64,000 bases of DNA from Chrysomallon squamiferum (GCA_012295275.1 CM022665.1:5332001-5396000), one strand, 5' to 3'. Shown: positions 1 through 30,106, counted from the first letter of the stretch. The notes: generated from the sequence alone by a model not told the origin. Made by a program: numbers and translations.

Positions 1-51
1 TCCTGTGACCAGTCACGTATACTAGCAGCTTAGCTACACCCCAAACCCTAA

Positions 52-94
<43 letters not shown>

Positions 95-1503
95 ATATAT
101 AAATAAATAAATAAATACATAAAAACGTCTTGTCAATCCTCTTTTTATTATAAGGGAGTCATGAGTAGCATTTCAAGATGACCAGTTACAAGAATTGAAA
201 GAACTACTTGCACTCACGAGAAACCCAGATTACAGACAACTGGCGCTTTCATTTATCACCAAAAGAGATTCGAAGAATTAGAGAGCGCCTCTAAAGAATG
301 TAGTAAAACCAATAATCTAATTTTATGTTCTTTCCTTAATAAGTTGAAAAAAAAAAAAAAAAAGGGGGAAACGAGGTCTTAATCACGATTATTTCAAACA
401 TTAAAGCGACAATATGTTACGTTTCTGTCTCAGACGCTAACGACCCTTCGCAAACTTAATGACGAACGACACGAAACAAGATCCTAACTCCGAAACCGTT
501 ATTCCCTCGTGTTGAAATCAAGAATACCACAGATCACGAACTAAGACTTATTATCACAGCAATGATTCGCTACTCTATTCCACGAAGAACGGGGTTTGTG
601 AGAAAGTGATCTCTGAAATGAAGACGTGACATACAGATGATTAATCTGGGTGAAAGCAGACTCCCACCACGTCGAGAAATGACATCAACTAAGTAAAAAC
701 CATTATCAGAAGACTACACAGGTACAGCATGTGTGCACGTCATTGCCTTACCGCTAAACACATTACATGGCGTTCATCTATATAAAATGTCACTTCAGAT
801 AGATATTGTTGACGTTTCAAAATGTATCTTATGACGGTTTTCTACTAAAAGTATTCCCGTGACAGCACACATATGTTCTTTAAAACTCCATAAAGCACCG
901 TGTAAGGTATCATTCCTAATAAACATGTAACTTGTAGCCGTCCTCTAAATAAATCCACTTCACATCTTAAAATGTGTCTTAAGAAGGTCTTGAGATAAAC
1001 AGATTTCCCAAGACAGCATAACTATGTACTTAAGGATTATGTCAAACACTTTGCATGATATATACTTGTTACAAATATGTGGTTTTACATGTAGATAATT
1101 CACATTTTTAAAATGTACAAACGTTAGGACCGTCTGCTATAACTATTTTCTGATATTTCGGACGATCTGGTTGGTTTTTCAGCTAAACAGCACTATAAAT
1201 ATAGTATTACCAAAAAATTAAATATCTGAACCATGGTAAAAAAAAAAAAAAAAAAGAATTCTCATAAAACCATATGTCAAAAACTATTTTGGAAGATGTC
1301 TTTTAGGTAACATGAATTGTTTTGTCATAGATGAATGTAAATACCGTACGTTTATGACAAAATAATCAAATTAAAAAATGATCAAGACTAAGATCATTAC
1401 GTCATAGAGTTAACATACGATAATGAACTTTTGCACACATTTTGACGTTTGAAAAGTCGTCTGACTATAGACTGCTGTTATTGCTGTCAAAGTCTGAAGG
1501 ACG

Positions 1504-5185
<3,682 letters not shown>

Positions 5186-5368
5186 CACAACATTGAGTAC
5201 AGCATACAAAATTAACAAAGTAAAAATTTATCTTAATTCTTTAGATTTATGTCGGGCAACACCCATAGTCTTTGTACAAAAATTACTTTCTACATTTGAT
5301 CTAAGAACAAGAAAAGCTGATATTGGATAAGTAATGGTATTCGATTATGACCGATACAAGGACAGTAC

Positions 5369-5379
5369 TGCGCATGCTC
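5369..5379. promoter_or_regulatory. NRF1-like motif (TGCGCATGCTC) upstream of the TMEM272-like start exon
   Basis: One mismatch to the TGCGCATGCGC consensus, ~185 bp upstream of the predicted ATG exon, in the divergent intergenic region shared with CRYL1. Confidence 0.3.
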
Positions 5380-6724
5380 CACTGGTTTCTTATCAGAAAG
5401 AAACTTTTCAATAGTGTATTTATTATGCGACAGTCACACGAAAGTAAACACTTTGATCACTGTTTCCTGGACCTCTGCCAGTTTCCTGTACAAGCACAGC
5501 GCTCTAAAGCCAATACGTATTGTACGTTGTCGACTAGTTAATGGGTGTTGTTATTTGGGGGAAATGTTCTCTCACCTGTTTGGTGACACAAATTCACGAG
5601 GCTAGCAACCGTTTGTGACGTGCTGGCCAAGCACATTGCATACTGTACGTGATATGTGTGTGCGTGTGTGTGTGTGTGTGTGTTTAGGTGTGTAATTATG
5701 TGTAGGTACACGTGTACATATTCAGAACAATCATACTTATACATATACGTATGCATTTATATATATGTCAGTACTTACATATATTATATGAGTGTACGTA
5801 TGTCTTTTTGTATGTGTGTCTGTAAGCATGTGTAATATATGTATGGGTGGACATATTTATGTAGGTATTTCTGTTTCGTATTCCATTGCTTAAAACTAAT
5901 TTTTATTACTAATGTTAGAAGAATGTTATCTGATAACTTTTACTGAAGGTTGCTTTTTTATTGTTTTTTTTAAGTTTTTGTTTCTTTGTTTCTTTCTTTA
6001 TTGTTATTATTATTATTATTTTAATATATTTAACAAGTTGATAATGTTCTTTTCTCCCCCAACCAACTGCCATTACCACCGGGATCCACGCTTTCTACGA
6101 TTAAGAAACTTATTATAACCCGGTCTTTGCATGCATTTTGTATCATCTATCTTTTATAATGGCCGTTAACTCAGTCTAAACAGTTAATGTTCAGATCACG
6201 TAGTTACTTAACGATCTGTTTTGTAAATTTAAAACTTAAATATATAATTATCAGTCTGTGTTTATGTGTGTGTGTGTTTGCCTGTGCACGCAAGGACAAA
6301 CGCATGTAAACAAACGCATGCATACGTCCATACATGCATATATAAAACGACATGACATGCATACTTATACATATATAAGTGTGAGTATACATTATATTTA
6401 CACTGAAACACACAGATACGCACACATATATACTCAAACATGTATGCATGCATGCACGTACGCACAAACTCATGTACATTTCTGTATGTATTTGTTAGAT
6501 AATGGATACATTTTTGAGATCTTTCTTAACAACAAATGCAGACAGGTTACACTACAACCGCAGTGTCTCTTACTTGTAACTGTGATAAATTTAAATCTGA
6601 CATTTAATTCAGTTGTAAATAAAATGGATAACATTTATCATGCAGCTTTTTAAAAAAACAAAAAAACAAACATTTTACGTTAAAAAATAAACAAACCCCC
6701 AAAAAACAATACACACACACACAC

Positions 6725-6767
<43 letters not shown>

Positions 6768-6863
6768 TAGACAGACAGAATAAAAGAAGAAAAACTACAA
6801 CAAAAAACAACAAATCCAAACAAAAGAAAGACAATAACATCATCATCTAGAACAGCAACTGCA

Positions 6864-6954
<91 letters not shown>

Positions 6955-8013
6955 TATGAAGAACAGTGAGATGAATTCATTTACAGTCTGTATTTAATAC
7001 GTATGTTGGAATTTTGTTCAGCAGTATCATTAGACCATATGCATTAATTTTTAATTTTGTATATTAGTCATTAGTGAATATAACAGTGGAAACACGTTTC
7101 CTTTACTTGTATATATGTATATATGTGTGTATGTTTGTATGTATGTATGTATGTATGCATGTATGTATGTATGTATGTGTGTACGTACGTACGTACGTAT
7201 GTATGTATGTATGTATGTATGTATGTATGTATGTATGTATGTATGCATGTATGTATTTATGTATGCACGTACGTATGATATGTACGTTCGTATGTCTATA
7301 CCTATGTATGGTATGTACGTTCGTATGTCTGTATGTGTGTATAAAACTGATAACAATAGGTTATAATGAAAAACAACAAAGTCAATTAATTAAACCGCTC
7401 ATAAAATCTGCTACAGCAAACAGCTAAGGACAGTCATCACAGCGCTGCGAACTTCACTGGTAATTGTGTTATTTTTATATCAAGTAGATCGCGAACCTTT
7501 CTAGCGTAATGCACTAAATAAACTGAGAGACGTGTTGATACCACCGTCGCCTCAGTAAAGCCCACACATCCAGCCAGCAACGAGAGGCAGAGAAGGCCTA
7601 AGTGCACTTCATTCCACAAGACGAAATAACATCTAATATCAAAGAGGTGGTTAGTCAGATTTGAACATATGAAAACTGAAGCTAAAAATACTAGAAACGG
7701 TGCATAGGAAATTAGCTCTTGATTTTTCTCTTTAACCCAAACAATATGTCGTTTTAGTTCTCAGTCCACTGATGAACCCATTTAAGGATGGGTTTTTTTT
7801 TTCGTGGAGGTGGTGTTGTTGTTGTTTTTGCTGATCAAAGTGCATATCAGAATTTAAGTAGAAGTCAATTTGGTATCAAAAGAGGCTTGTGTGTCAAGAG
7901 CTTATTCATAGGAAAAATCTGAATATAGAATTGAAAGCGTTATATTGAATAATTCTCGGGTGAAATCGAATACAGTTAAAAAACGACTATGAAATGTTAT
8001 TGAAAACATTATT

Positions 8014-8082
<69 letters not shown>

Positions 8083-8177
8083 ACGTTTGTCTATATGTAT
8101 ATAAATAGCTCGTTCTACGTCATCAACATCAACGATTCCGTCCTACAAAATGTAATAGTTAGTTATATGCATGTTTC

Positions 8178-8335
<158 letters not shown>

Positions 8336-9016
8336 GACATGCATGCTCACACACATATACTCACACAGACAAACACATACTCACATATGTACTATATATC
8401 CGTACTCTAATGCTTTGTTATCAATAATAAGGCGCATTCTCTCATCTCGCTCTCTCTATATTTCTCTGAAACCCCTGCTCCTTGATGTTATCGCTTTTTT
8501 TGACATACAAACATACATACATACATAAACACACACACACACACATATATACACACACACACACACACACATATATATACGTACACACGTATACACATAC
8601 ATACATACATACATACATACATAAACACACACACACACATATATATACGTACACACGTATACACATATATACATACATACATACATAAACACACACACAC
8701 ACATATATATACACACACACACACATATATATACGTACACACGTATACACATACATACATACATACACACATATGCACATCTGCATATACACATAACGTT
8801 CAAGATGCAATTTAAACCCGTCCGTCTCATAAACGAAATTTGTATTATCTTTTCACTGTACTTCTGTTACTTGTATCAGCACAGTAACGAAATCCGAGGT
8901 CAAAAGATGAGGAGCCAGTGGTCTTCGAACCCCATACAATGTATGTCATAATTATCTAGGTCACTTTGTTGGTGTATATCAAATAACGAAGCTCAGTGAG
9001 ACTGAAACTTGCCAAA

Positions 9017-19548
<10,532 letters not shown>

Positions 19549-19570
<22 letters not shown>

Positions 19571-19608
19571 AAACACTTCTCTGTACACGAGTGTACATAG
19601 AAACACTT
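19549..19608 (+). repeat. Perfect 30-bp tandem duplication spanning the CRYL1 stop codon
   Basis: CTCTGTACACGAGTGTACATAGAAACACTT occurs twice; each unit contains the inverted repeat TGTACAC-GA-GTGTACA. Confidence 0.95.
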
Positions 19609-19691
19609 CATGTTTGATTATTCAGGCGCAAATGAAAAAAAAATTAAATCAGGCTCAAAATACTGGAAAATTTATTTTGATTTTCCGTCTG

Positions 19692-19776
<85 letters not shown>

Positions 19777-21638
19777 CACATACATGCACATTAAAAACTG
19801 ATGCACATCGACAGACAAATATAAAATTACATTATTACGAGCAAAATCTTTTAATAAGATTTCAATTTTGAGGCCATGGCTTAAATTAACGACCTTGACG
19901 TTTACAGTTATCTAGTATCTCGTGAACTGCTTAGGCTGTTTAGTTTTTTGCTATCTTAACATCTTGAAGAAACCCTAAAGTAAAGGATATTTAACATCTA
20001 AAGGATAATAATATTAAAATGAAACGTAAACAACTACTAAAACTTCCTACGTCTTTATCCTTCCTTCTAACAATTTTCTTCTTTCCCGTTTAATTTTTAT
20101 ATATATATTTTTTTAAATCCTGTTCCGATTCAGAATAAAGTATGAAAAAAAAAACCAGAAACGGATGATTCAGTTAAAAAAAGGCTTTTGGACATGTTTT
20201 TAGAACGACCAGTTTGCTACTAATAAAAAAAAAAAAGAGCAGAAAAAACAGAATAGGAAATTAGTTGGAGGAACAAACTGGGTACTTCGTGCTTTTTGGT
20301 CATCATAACCGCCATTTTCAGAAACTATTCTCTTAATTACTGGGAGTGAAAAAAAACAAAAAAATGATTTGTATCGCGTATTTTAAATGTCATCTCACCT
20401 GATATATGTCCAGAACGTGAAGATCGTTATATTTCCTCCAGCATAATGTATTTAAAGGTCAGCTTTTATTAAGAATTACATAATAAAAAAGGCCTATCTT
20501 TTCAAAATAAACTGAAAACATAATAGAAATCAATAAATTTGGATTTCTTTTATAAAACGAAAAAAAAAAAAAAAAACGAAACCAAGTATAACCACAATTC
20601 TCATTCAGATTATTATTATCATCATCGTCTTCATTATAGTTCTAATCGTTATTATTATGTTATAATGTAATATATATTATTATCGTTGTCATACTGTATT
20701 TCTTGTAATAATCGTCTTTATTATCGTTATTACTGTTGTTATTACTATAGTTACAAGATGAGCATAATTTGTAACTATTACAACATTATGATGAGCCTAT
20801 CAATTATTAAGCTTTCTTTTTTCAAGAACAGTAATGTAGTATTTCCATCTTGACCAATACTAGAGTGCTGACTGCAGACAGATTCTGTCTGTTCATAATT
20901 GGGGATGCATTGCTAAACGTAGATCTTCAGATATCTTCAGAATCCTGAACCTTAATCCGGCGAAATTGTTACATCAATGCGACTGCCTTCTCGTGCCATT
21001 TAAAGTTTTGTTAACTGTTTCTTCTCACACACCCACACACTCACACTCGCACACACACTCACACACGCACACGCACACACTCACACACTCAGACGCTGCA
21101 AATCGCGCAGACGCAAATTATGTGCAGCAGTGTTATGTTGTTTACACTACCATTTTCTCTGACTGTTATAAACAATGATTCCAATTCATAAGTAATGATG
21201 CAAATGTTTACAAATTAGATATAAAAGCCATATAATATTGCATATAAAAGCCAGTATTTGAATATTTTAACATTTCAGTTTCATTATTCGTTACCTTGTT
21301 GCATTAAACTGTATACAGATTGTTGAGATTCCTTACTGGCGCGATAGAATTTTATTTTTTATTTTTTATTTTTCTGTTAGGAAAACATAAAAGTTCTGTG
21401 AATATCAATTAAATGTCATTAGTAAAGCTTCTCGCTTATTGTGCTTCAGTCATTATAACTGTCCTACATTTTATTTTTTAATAATTTATTTACATTGAGT
21501 TCTTTTCGTTTTTTAGTCTCCCCGTAGTTATAATAGTCTTCTGTTTGTAATGTTGTCAAATAACAATTCTGAGTGGTTTATTTTTGAGTGGCTTTTTTAA
21601 GTGGAAATGAGCAGTTATATATGTACTAGTGTAAGTGC

Positions 21639-21696
<58 letters not shown>

Positions 21697-23203
21697 AACC
21701 CGCTTACATGCTTTAAAATAATGGGAAATGTTCGAATACAATAACTTTGCCAGTTAAAACTAAAAGTTAGTATTATAAATATTCTTAATTCGTTTTATTT
21801 AATCCTTATTTTTTTACAAAATGCCTTCATTTTTTTTGTGGCATTATGAAAATTAACATTACATGTTAAGTAATCCTTTGAATGGCAGTTTCAGCAGTTC
21901 GCTGAAATTATTTTTGGAAAGAAAACAGTTTAATCTGTAATTAATGTAGATATTACGTTCAGCAGTAGGTGAGTAGGGTTTACTGTTTCAGATTTTCATT
22001 ATCGTCGAAGATTGCTTGCCATGATGTGTAATGCATTTTAGTAATGAGAACGACCTTCTTTGTCAGATGGTTCAAGATTCGGAATTAAAACTGTCGAAGG
22101 CAGATAAACATAATGGTTTTAATACATGGACAGTTCTGCACTGATTCCTGCTAACGTAAGTGTACCAGTCTCGCAGCAATCTAAAAGCTGGAACAGGAAG
22201 CGGAGCAGGATTCCACGCAAAATTAACTGGGAAGAATAAGACCAAAATAGAAATATCTTTTCTCCAGTTTCGAATTTATTAACTTAAAGACAATTTTTAA
22301 AGATCTCTACTGACAACTGGAGAACACATTGTCTCTTTGATCGGTGAAACGATATACTAACCGATGAATAATTACAAGTTTCTGGTAACTACAAATAATC
22401 AAAAAAAAAAAAAAAGACACGGAATGGAAACCCATACTAGTGTCTGCGCTGTATTGAGTATCCATTAGTCAGTAAGTGAAATATCATTTAACATTAAGGA
22501 CAAATCATAATGATCGTCTAGAAACTATTGACTTGATACACTTTCCGTCGAAAACGTGACTTCGGCATTCAAAGAAGTAAAATTTGTAGTAAGCTTTTAA
22601 AAGGGTTAGTATGTCAAGGAAATTGGTGACTTGAAAATTGTTACGCACTTAATGATTTGTCTGAAAGAGACACTCAAGTTCAGTTATGTATGTAATGGTG
22701 CAAGTAAATGAATGTGTTAACAGATAGAATCATCTGTTTAATTAATTAACATAAATCTGTAGATTGTATACGTTATAATGTTGTTGTAGTTGTTGTTATC
22801 AATGGGAAACGTTAAAATGACTTGGGCAAAGTAGTTAACTGATATTCAGAAAACGTTAACAGAAGAAAATGACGATGAAGAGCAAGAAGAAGAAGAAGAT
22901 GATAATGAAGATGATGATGATATTGAGATTAAAGACAAAATAAAAAACAGGTATCAACAAAAACAACAGTGAAAAATAACAGCAAAAGTAAAACAAAAAC
23001 AATACATTTAAAAACAACAAATTAATTTATGCATATAATCTGTAAGCAAAGGAAAAAAAAATCTAAATGTTTACATTAAAAATTTTCAAACCATTATTAT
23101 TTTCAGAAAACGGCTATATATTTTGTTTATGTAATACTATATAAATATACACACATCTTTCATATATACACGAATTACATCTATTTCTTTTAAATTGTAT
23201 TTA

Positions 23204-23239
<36 letters not shown>

Positions 23240-24564
23240 TTTGCCAGGCATTGTTGTTTTAATAACTAAATTCATCCTTATGGATGATATACGTTCTCCA
23301 TCCATCAAATTTCAGAAAATCTGGCAAAGTCTCTGATTTATCGATGTACGGATCATTATATTTGGTTTTCAGACGTGATATAGGAATCAATTTGAATAGG
23401 TGTTCCAAACTTCACAGATGCAAATACTCGTAACAAAACCAAAACTGTTTTTAATGACGAAGAATTTCGTGTACTTAATTCGGCTGTGATTTTATTAACG
23501 ACAGGCATAAAGATATCTGTTTTCTTTATTATTTAAACCTTCATAATGAACAAAGTGTTTTTCTTTTTGTAAATATGTGTGTATATATGTACGTGTGTAT
23601 GTATGCATGTAAAACCTAAGAACAGAGAGAAGAAACAGATTTCTTGAAATTTTTATAATTTTTGCTGGTTTCTTGAGATAGTAAAATAATATATATTCAT
23701 TGTATTTCTAATATATATATATATATATTAAAAACAATTAATATATAACGAGCTAAGAAATCAATGTCTTTGAACGGATTTTCAAATAACATGTTTTTAA
23801 ATTTCAGTTTCTGAACATAATGCAGTTTTTATAATATACAAATGAACAATATTCAGTGACGTTGAAACAGAAATAAACTGTGTCTGCCACTGTTTGAGTC
23901 TTTAGAAGTAATAAAACAGAACACACATTTATTTTTCAAAAAATCTAAAATGAATGATAATACAAAGCTTGAACCTCTCCGTTGCGTTAGTAAAAATAGC
24001 ATTTTTAATTTCAGTATACGAATAATCAAAGACTTTGAAATAGGTTTATATTAAGTCTGTGCTGAACAGAATAACCCAGCAGGACAGATGAAAAAAATAT
24101 TTCTTTACAGAAACTCGTTTGTATTACTCAAACAACTGAATAAAAAAAACGTTCTCAGATAGTACATAATTACATCTTTAATTTTCAGGCAAGCATAAAA
24201 CTCTGTACACTCGTTAAATGACTGAACTGAACGATTGGCAGAGACAGTATAAAGTTGTGTTAAACATGTATACTGATCCAGCCATGTTTAGTGGTATGTT
24301 TTCTATTTTGTCGTTTAACTACCTTCTAATGTTGTTATTTTATTTACGTAGAACGCCTTTGAATTATTTTATTAATTTCGAAATCTGAGTCAGAATTAGA
24401 ACAAAGTGAAAAATGAAGTCCTGTTTTGTTTAAAGATCTGTTTTATTTACTGACATGTCTGTAAAACAGCCATCTTGAGTCTGTGACGGCCATCTTGAAG
24501 TTATCCCACAATTCATTCTGTTTTAGCTGTGTGTGAAAACCACTTTTTTCTCAGAACTTTTTTC

Positions 24565-24712
24565 TGAAAACCATTTGTCTATGAGAACAGCTTGTATAAG
24601 AGAATCATTTGTACATAATAACTATTTGTGTATGAGAATCATTTGTCTATGAGAATCACTTGTCAGTGAGACCCATTTGTCTATAAGAATGTCTTCTCTA
24701 TGAGAACTACTT
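24565..24712 (+). repeat. ~20-bp minisatellite (GAGAAYCATTTGTCTAT-like), about 7 degenerate copies
   Basis: Repeated ATGAGAATCATTTGTCT variants; flanked upstream by two GCCATCTTGA motifs (~24468, ~24489). Confidence 0.8.
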
Positions 24713-25750
24713 TTGCTTGTTTCTGGAGTGGCCGCCACAAAATGGTTTGACTGTATTTCTTTATAGCATATAGATCATTCGCAATTCTTCCTTTACCTTA
24801 GTAATTTGCTTGTTACGAAGCATTTTCGAATATCCATTACATTAAAGAAGTAAATACACATTGAAACTAAATACACTAGCTCTATCTCCAATCTTAATGA
24901 GTACAAAAACAAAACTGAATTACACTGGTCGTAAACATATAATTTTAGAGATATCCTAGGAGGCCATTTGCCTCGGGACAATTATTCTTATTTGATTTAT
25001 CGACATACTTTCTCGTAATGAACAGATTCCGTGATCTCTTTAAAAACAAACATGTTGGCGAGTAAAGACAAAAGAGTCCATTACTAGGAAACAGTAGATT
25101 TTTTTTTTAATTATTATTTATTTTAACCATATTGATTTAATCTTCAGTGGTTAATAATAATAGATCAATAATATTTTCAAAATCCATGCAACCTAGAAAT
25201 AAGTACAATGTAAATCAGACAGAAAATTTAGAAGGAAATTCATTACAAAACAGAGACATCAGTCTGTTTAACGTATTGCGAAATAATACAATTCTCATCT
25301 TTAACATCTATGCGCTTGGTACAAAATAATAGAGTTTGAACAGAAATAATTTAAGAGACCTTGAAACAGAATTAATCTGTCTGTCGCGACTCAACCTTAC
25401 AGAACTGAATATTATTTTCTTTAGTTATGAAACAGTCAGTATATGATTCCAAGTTATTTGTATTCTGTTTTGAAAATTACTGTTAGGGTGAAAAGTTCAC
25501 AAGTTAATGTACCGACTGATTTTTCAAATAACAAAATTCTCACCTGGAATCTCTGTTTATTTTGTAAAAATAACGCAGCTAATTACTGGCGTCTTCTAGA
25601 TCAGAATTAAATTACGTCTGTCTCTTGTCCAGTCTTGGGCTAAATGTTGTAAATGTACTAAAAATACGAAGGCATGATCGACGATAAAGTATTGTCTCGA
25701 AAACTGAAACATGCAACTGAGCAATATTCAAGTGTTGATCATTCTCTCTC

Positions 25751-25870
<120 letters not shown>

Positions 25871-25964
25871 TCTCTCTCTCTCTCTCTCACACTCTCTCTC
25901 TCACTCACACTCTCTCTCTCTCTGTGTCTCTCTCCCTCACTCACACTCTCTCTGTCTCTCTCTC

Positions 25965-26075
<111 letters not shown>

Positions 26076-26651
26076 AACAAAGCGTCTTTGCACATACACT
26101 GAGAAACGTCTCGATAAAATCGATAATTAAAAGGAAACAGTTCAGCCTTATGAGCTGAAATGGAACTATAATTTTCTTCGTAGATCGAACATTTACTTAC
26201 ACATGGAGTACAAATTACCTCATAAAAAACGGAGAAGAAAATATATTTCTATGTAATAATATACATTTAAAAACAAAATTACGGTTACTATCCGTTTAGT
26301 ATCGGATTCTCATTAAGGAATCGCTATGTATTAAATATACCAATATACGCGATCAATTAGGAGAAACGCAAGTTCACAGAGCTCCAACGAAGTAAGACAT
26401 TCTCCGTACTGTATACACTGCTACTTTGAAAGGAACCAGAATCAGTTGTACCTTGTCAAACAGAAAAACTGTTGGAACAGTCAACATCACTGTATCAAAG
26501 ATACTTTCCAGTCGAACGATATTTAAAGTTTTATTTGTTAGGTATTGCATTTTCATCAACATTTCATCTATTTTCTAATGCAATATATGTATTTTTGTTC
26601 ACATTTCTTTGTTTTTAAATCTTAGAATGCATTAGAATAAAGCACATTTAG

Positions 26652-26690
<39 letters not shown>

Positions 26691-26948
26691 TTCTTTACTT
26701 TTAAAATCCTTTTATTATCCTTTTGATGTTACTTCAAATATTTTTTTCTATCTGTATACATGTAAAAACAAAATCAGATGACAACGGTTATAAATATATA
26801 ATTCTCAAAAAATCCTGTAATTTCCTTTGGCCTAAGGACAATTATTTTCATTAAATTTATTTATAAAACACTTTTATTCATCTATGTTAAAAAAAAATAA
26901 TAATAATTAAAAAAACAAATATTACACGCATGAAAAAGTGTAGAACTA

Positions 26949-26981
<33 letters not shown>

Positions 26982-27841
26982 GAAAAAAAGAAATGTTTGC
27001 ATCAGATATAATTTTATGTGATACATTAGGACAATGCTATTTAAAAAAATCGAAGTATACGACAAAATACAGCAATAAATGACCGAAAATATTACTCTTG
27101 AGATTATTATTTTTTTAATTTTATTTTTTTTTCAGTTACAGTACCCAGGGCACTGAAATATTTCTAATTTTGAACCTGTGCTATGTAAAATAAACACAGT
27201 TTATCACTGAGTCACACATCCATCGAATGGGAAATAAGGGACTAAAAGTTGCCCGTAGATACGTCTTAGCAATGCACTAGTGCGACGTTTTTACGAAGGG
27301 CTCAGTCTGTATACTACCACGCAGTTGCTGAGCGGGCGCCGTTCACTTGGTCTTTCGACGCAACGACGTCGTACTAGCGCTGAACGGATGTCGTGCAGGG
27401 TCCGTAGGAGGTGCTCCTTGCTGTTTACAGGCAGGCGCCTCGTGACTGAAGTCGAGAAAAATAGCCACGTCGAATATGCGAGTGTTAAACACGGTAACTT
27501 CGATTTTCCGAAATTTTAGAAATCTCCCCTCCCCGAAGGCAGAAAAATGGATTTGTTATTGTAGCATTAAGTTGTGTAGTTTTGAAACACCTTAATAAGG
27601 TGTTTTTTTTACACTATTATAAAAATATGATTATAATTTATTGTGTGAATTAATGTGCGGTTGTTTATATATGTATAATATTACGTATACAAAGACTAAA
27701 TGTGAAAAATGGAACTGTTGTGTTGGACAAAAAATACGATGATTAATTTTCTGATGATGAAAATTGATTTCTTCGTAATACTTTTTTCATGATACCTATT
27801 TTTTTTTTTTTTTTTTTAATTTTTTTTTTTTTTTTTTTTTA

Positions 27842-27878
<37 letters not shown>

Positions 27879-28062
27879 TTTTTTTTTTTTTTAAATGTTC
27901 TTCTTAAGCTTGTTAACTTATTTTTTTCTGGATGGATGAATTACTTTGATTTCACTTTTGAAAAATTTTTTCGACTCCTTGTGTTATTTTTGACATTCAG
28001 CGTTCAGTTTCAAAAATTAAATAGACTGTTTTTATTATTTAAGAAGAATAAATGTTTCATTC

Positions 28063-28172
<110 letters not shown>

Positions 28173-28724
28173 TCCGTCTCTCCGTGTATGTGAATATGTA
28201 TAATGTACGTATGTATTTGTGTTCATATTGATGTCTGTGTTTACTGCGACGTTAATTAAACTGTGTATGCTTACCTTATTCTGCAAAACACCAAACACGT
28301 TATTATGGTTCTGGATCTACATTTTTATTTCTCGGGTCTCATTCGAAAAATATACTTAAATCTGCTAGACATCGGGCTTTATTTTCGGGCTTATATTTAA
28401 ATAACACTAGGAGAGTTAATCTAGTATAAGCTGGTAGCGCCACATATAGTTTCTGTTAATAGCTTGAAATAACACGCGATCTATTAAATCATCACGGCTG
28501 AGTTCAGTGAATAAGAAAGCGCTGTTTATCATGAAAGATGCAGCAGGTATCTCTATGAGAGAGCGCTGAAGTCTTGTTCCTTCTCTTCTCTAAGCCTGTT
28601 TTAGTTCCGTCTTACCACTTCTTACCTTTCTAGAGATTTACAAAACAACCGTCTTTCCATTTTGAAATGCGAAAGTCTGCCTGAAACTGAAGATTCTGTC
28701 ATTTGTATTTAGTCCTGGTCCCCA

Positions 28725-28840
28725 GGCTATGGTTAAGATGTAAAGTAGTGGTTTAAAGCGTGATGGGTCCGAGGATCAATCCTTACCAGTGCTGTATGTA
28801 GTGTTAATGACTTGCTTCTCAAAGACCTTGGTATATGCGA
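28725..28840 (+). mobile_element. SINE head remnant
   Basis: GATGTAAAGTAGTGGTTTAAAGCG...GGTCCGAGGATCAATCC (A/B-box-like) followed by TCAAAGACCTTGGTATATGC, similar to the head of the 57505-57820 copy. Confidence 0.35.
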
Positions 28841-30106
28841 GCATGTATATATATATAAATAACATACAGTGCTATTATCACACGACTGGAGAAGAATTTA
28901 GTATTTAAAAGTGCTGTTGTCAGATCACACAGATTCTAAGCCCTTGAAATATTACATTGTACTCAGACGCTTAAAATGTTTTATATAACTGAGGTTAAGA
29001 CTACTGCAAGCAAAACAAAATAATAAAAGGAATAAAGACACATAATAATAATTTAACACCAAATTTAGTTTAAAAGATAAATGAAAAAAAAAGATTTGAC
29101 AATGAAATGACCCTTACTTGTTCAAAACTCTTTGGCAAGGTCTAAGCAGAACGATTATCTTTAAAAAAAAAAAAAAAAGTGAAGTGTTAAATCTCCAAAA
29201 TCGATATCATATTTGTTATTCTTAAATTACTGATAATTGTGTCAGTGAAAGAAACGTTTCAGACACATAAACGAAACGCAATTTACATCAGCGGGGGAAA
29301 AAAACAGCTAATTTTAATTAAAGATAATTACTCTAGATTTTGATCTATCTATCATTATGTTATATTTTGCTGATCAAAGACTGCCAAAGAATACATAGGT
29401 CACAGTTCTTTCGTGACTGATAACTAAGTGAATTTTATTAACCATCATTTTGTTGACAGATATAACGATGTCCTTAGATTGAAATGTTAAAATACTGCTT
29501 TTAATCCTGTCAGTTCGCGTCCAAGTCTCTCCCTTTGTAGTTATTTTATTTATGTCATTGTGCTTTTGTTTCATCTATATTTTTAATAGCTTGTACATAC
29601 AGACATAAGTCTTCGGGCACGCAGTTCACGTTTCAGTTCTCTAGGTACATTTTTTTACTTAGTAATATTTGACATAATTTGATGAAAAGAACGTAACATA
29701 AAGAAGACTGATATATCGTAATTTGTGATGGGGTTTTACATTTAATAGTGTACTAGAGATATATATGTTATGAATGTAGAGTGAAATTTTAAAACACTGC
29801 TTTTAAATTTATGAGCTAATGGCAATGGCCATCTCTTTGCAGTTATATTGATATAATTTATTTGCGATTTAGCCTAATCTAAATTCTTTCAATCGTTAAA
29901 TTTATTTTTCGCATCTTTCTTCCACGAGTATATCGTTTTCAGTAGGTGTTTTTGCTGGATTTGATACTAGTTCTAAAAGGGTAGGAATATAACTTTATAG
30001 CTGTAACGTATTGATGTTATGAGATATTTAAAACGCGATCGTTAAAGGCATCAATTAAAGTCAACGTCGATGCTTATGCAGTTATTTATTGATTATTAAT
30101 TATTAC

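Noticed and set aside
7437-7619. 60-aa - strand ORF with a signal-peptide-like N-terminus (WNEVHLGLLCLSLLAGCVG)
   Set aside because: It starts at TTG with no nearby in-frame ATG, has no convincing splice context, and resembles no family I know.
22861-22925. Acidic-coding-looking stretch (GAA/GAT repeats)
   Set aside because: Simple trinucleotide repeat without splice sites or a sustained ORF.
24565-24712. Regularly spaced short repeats superficially like a CRISPR array (also 46580-46845 and 62485-62642)
   Set aside because: They are head-to-tail degenerate minisatellites without unique spacers, in eukaryotic DNA with no cas genes.
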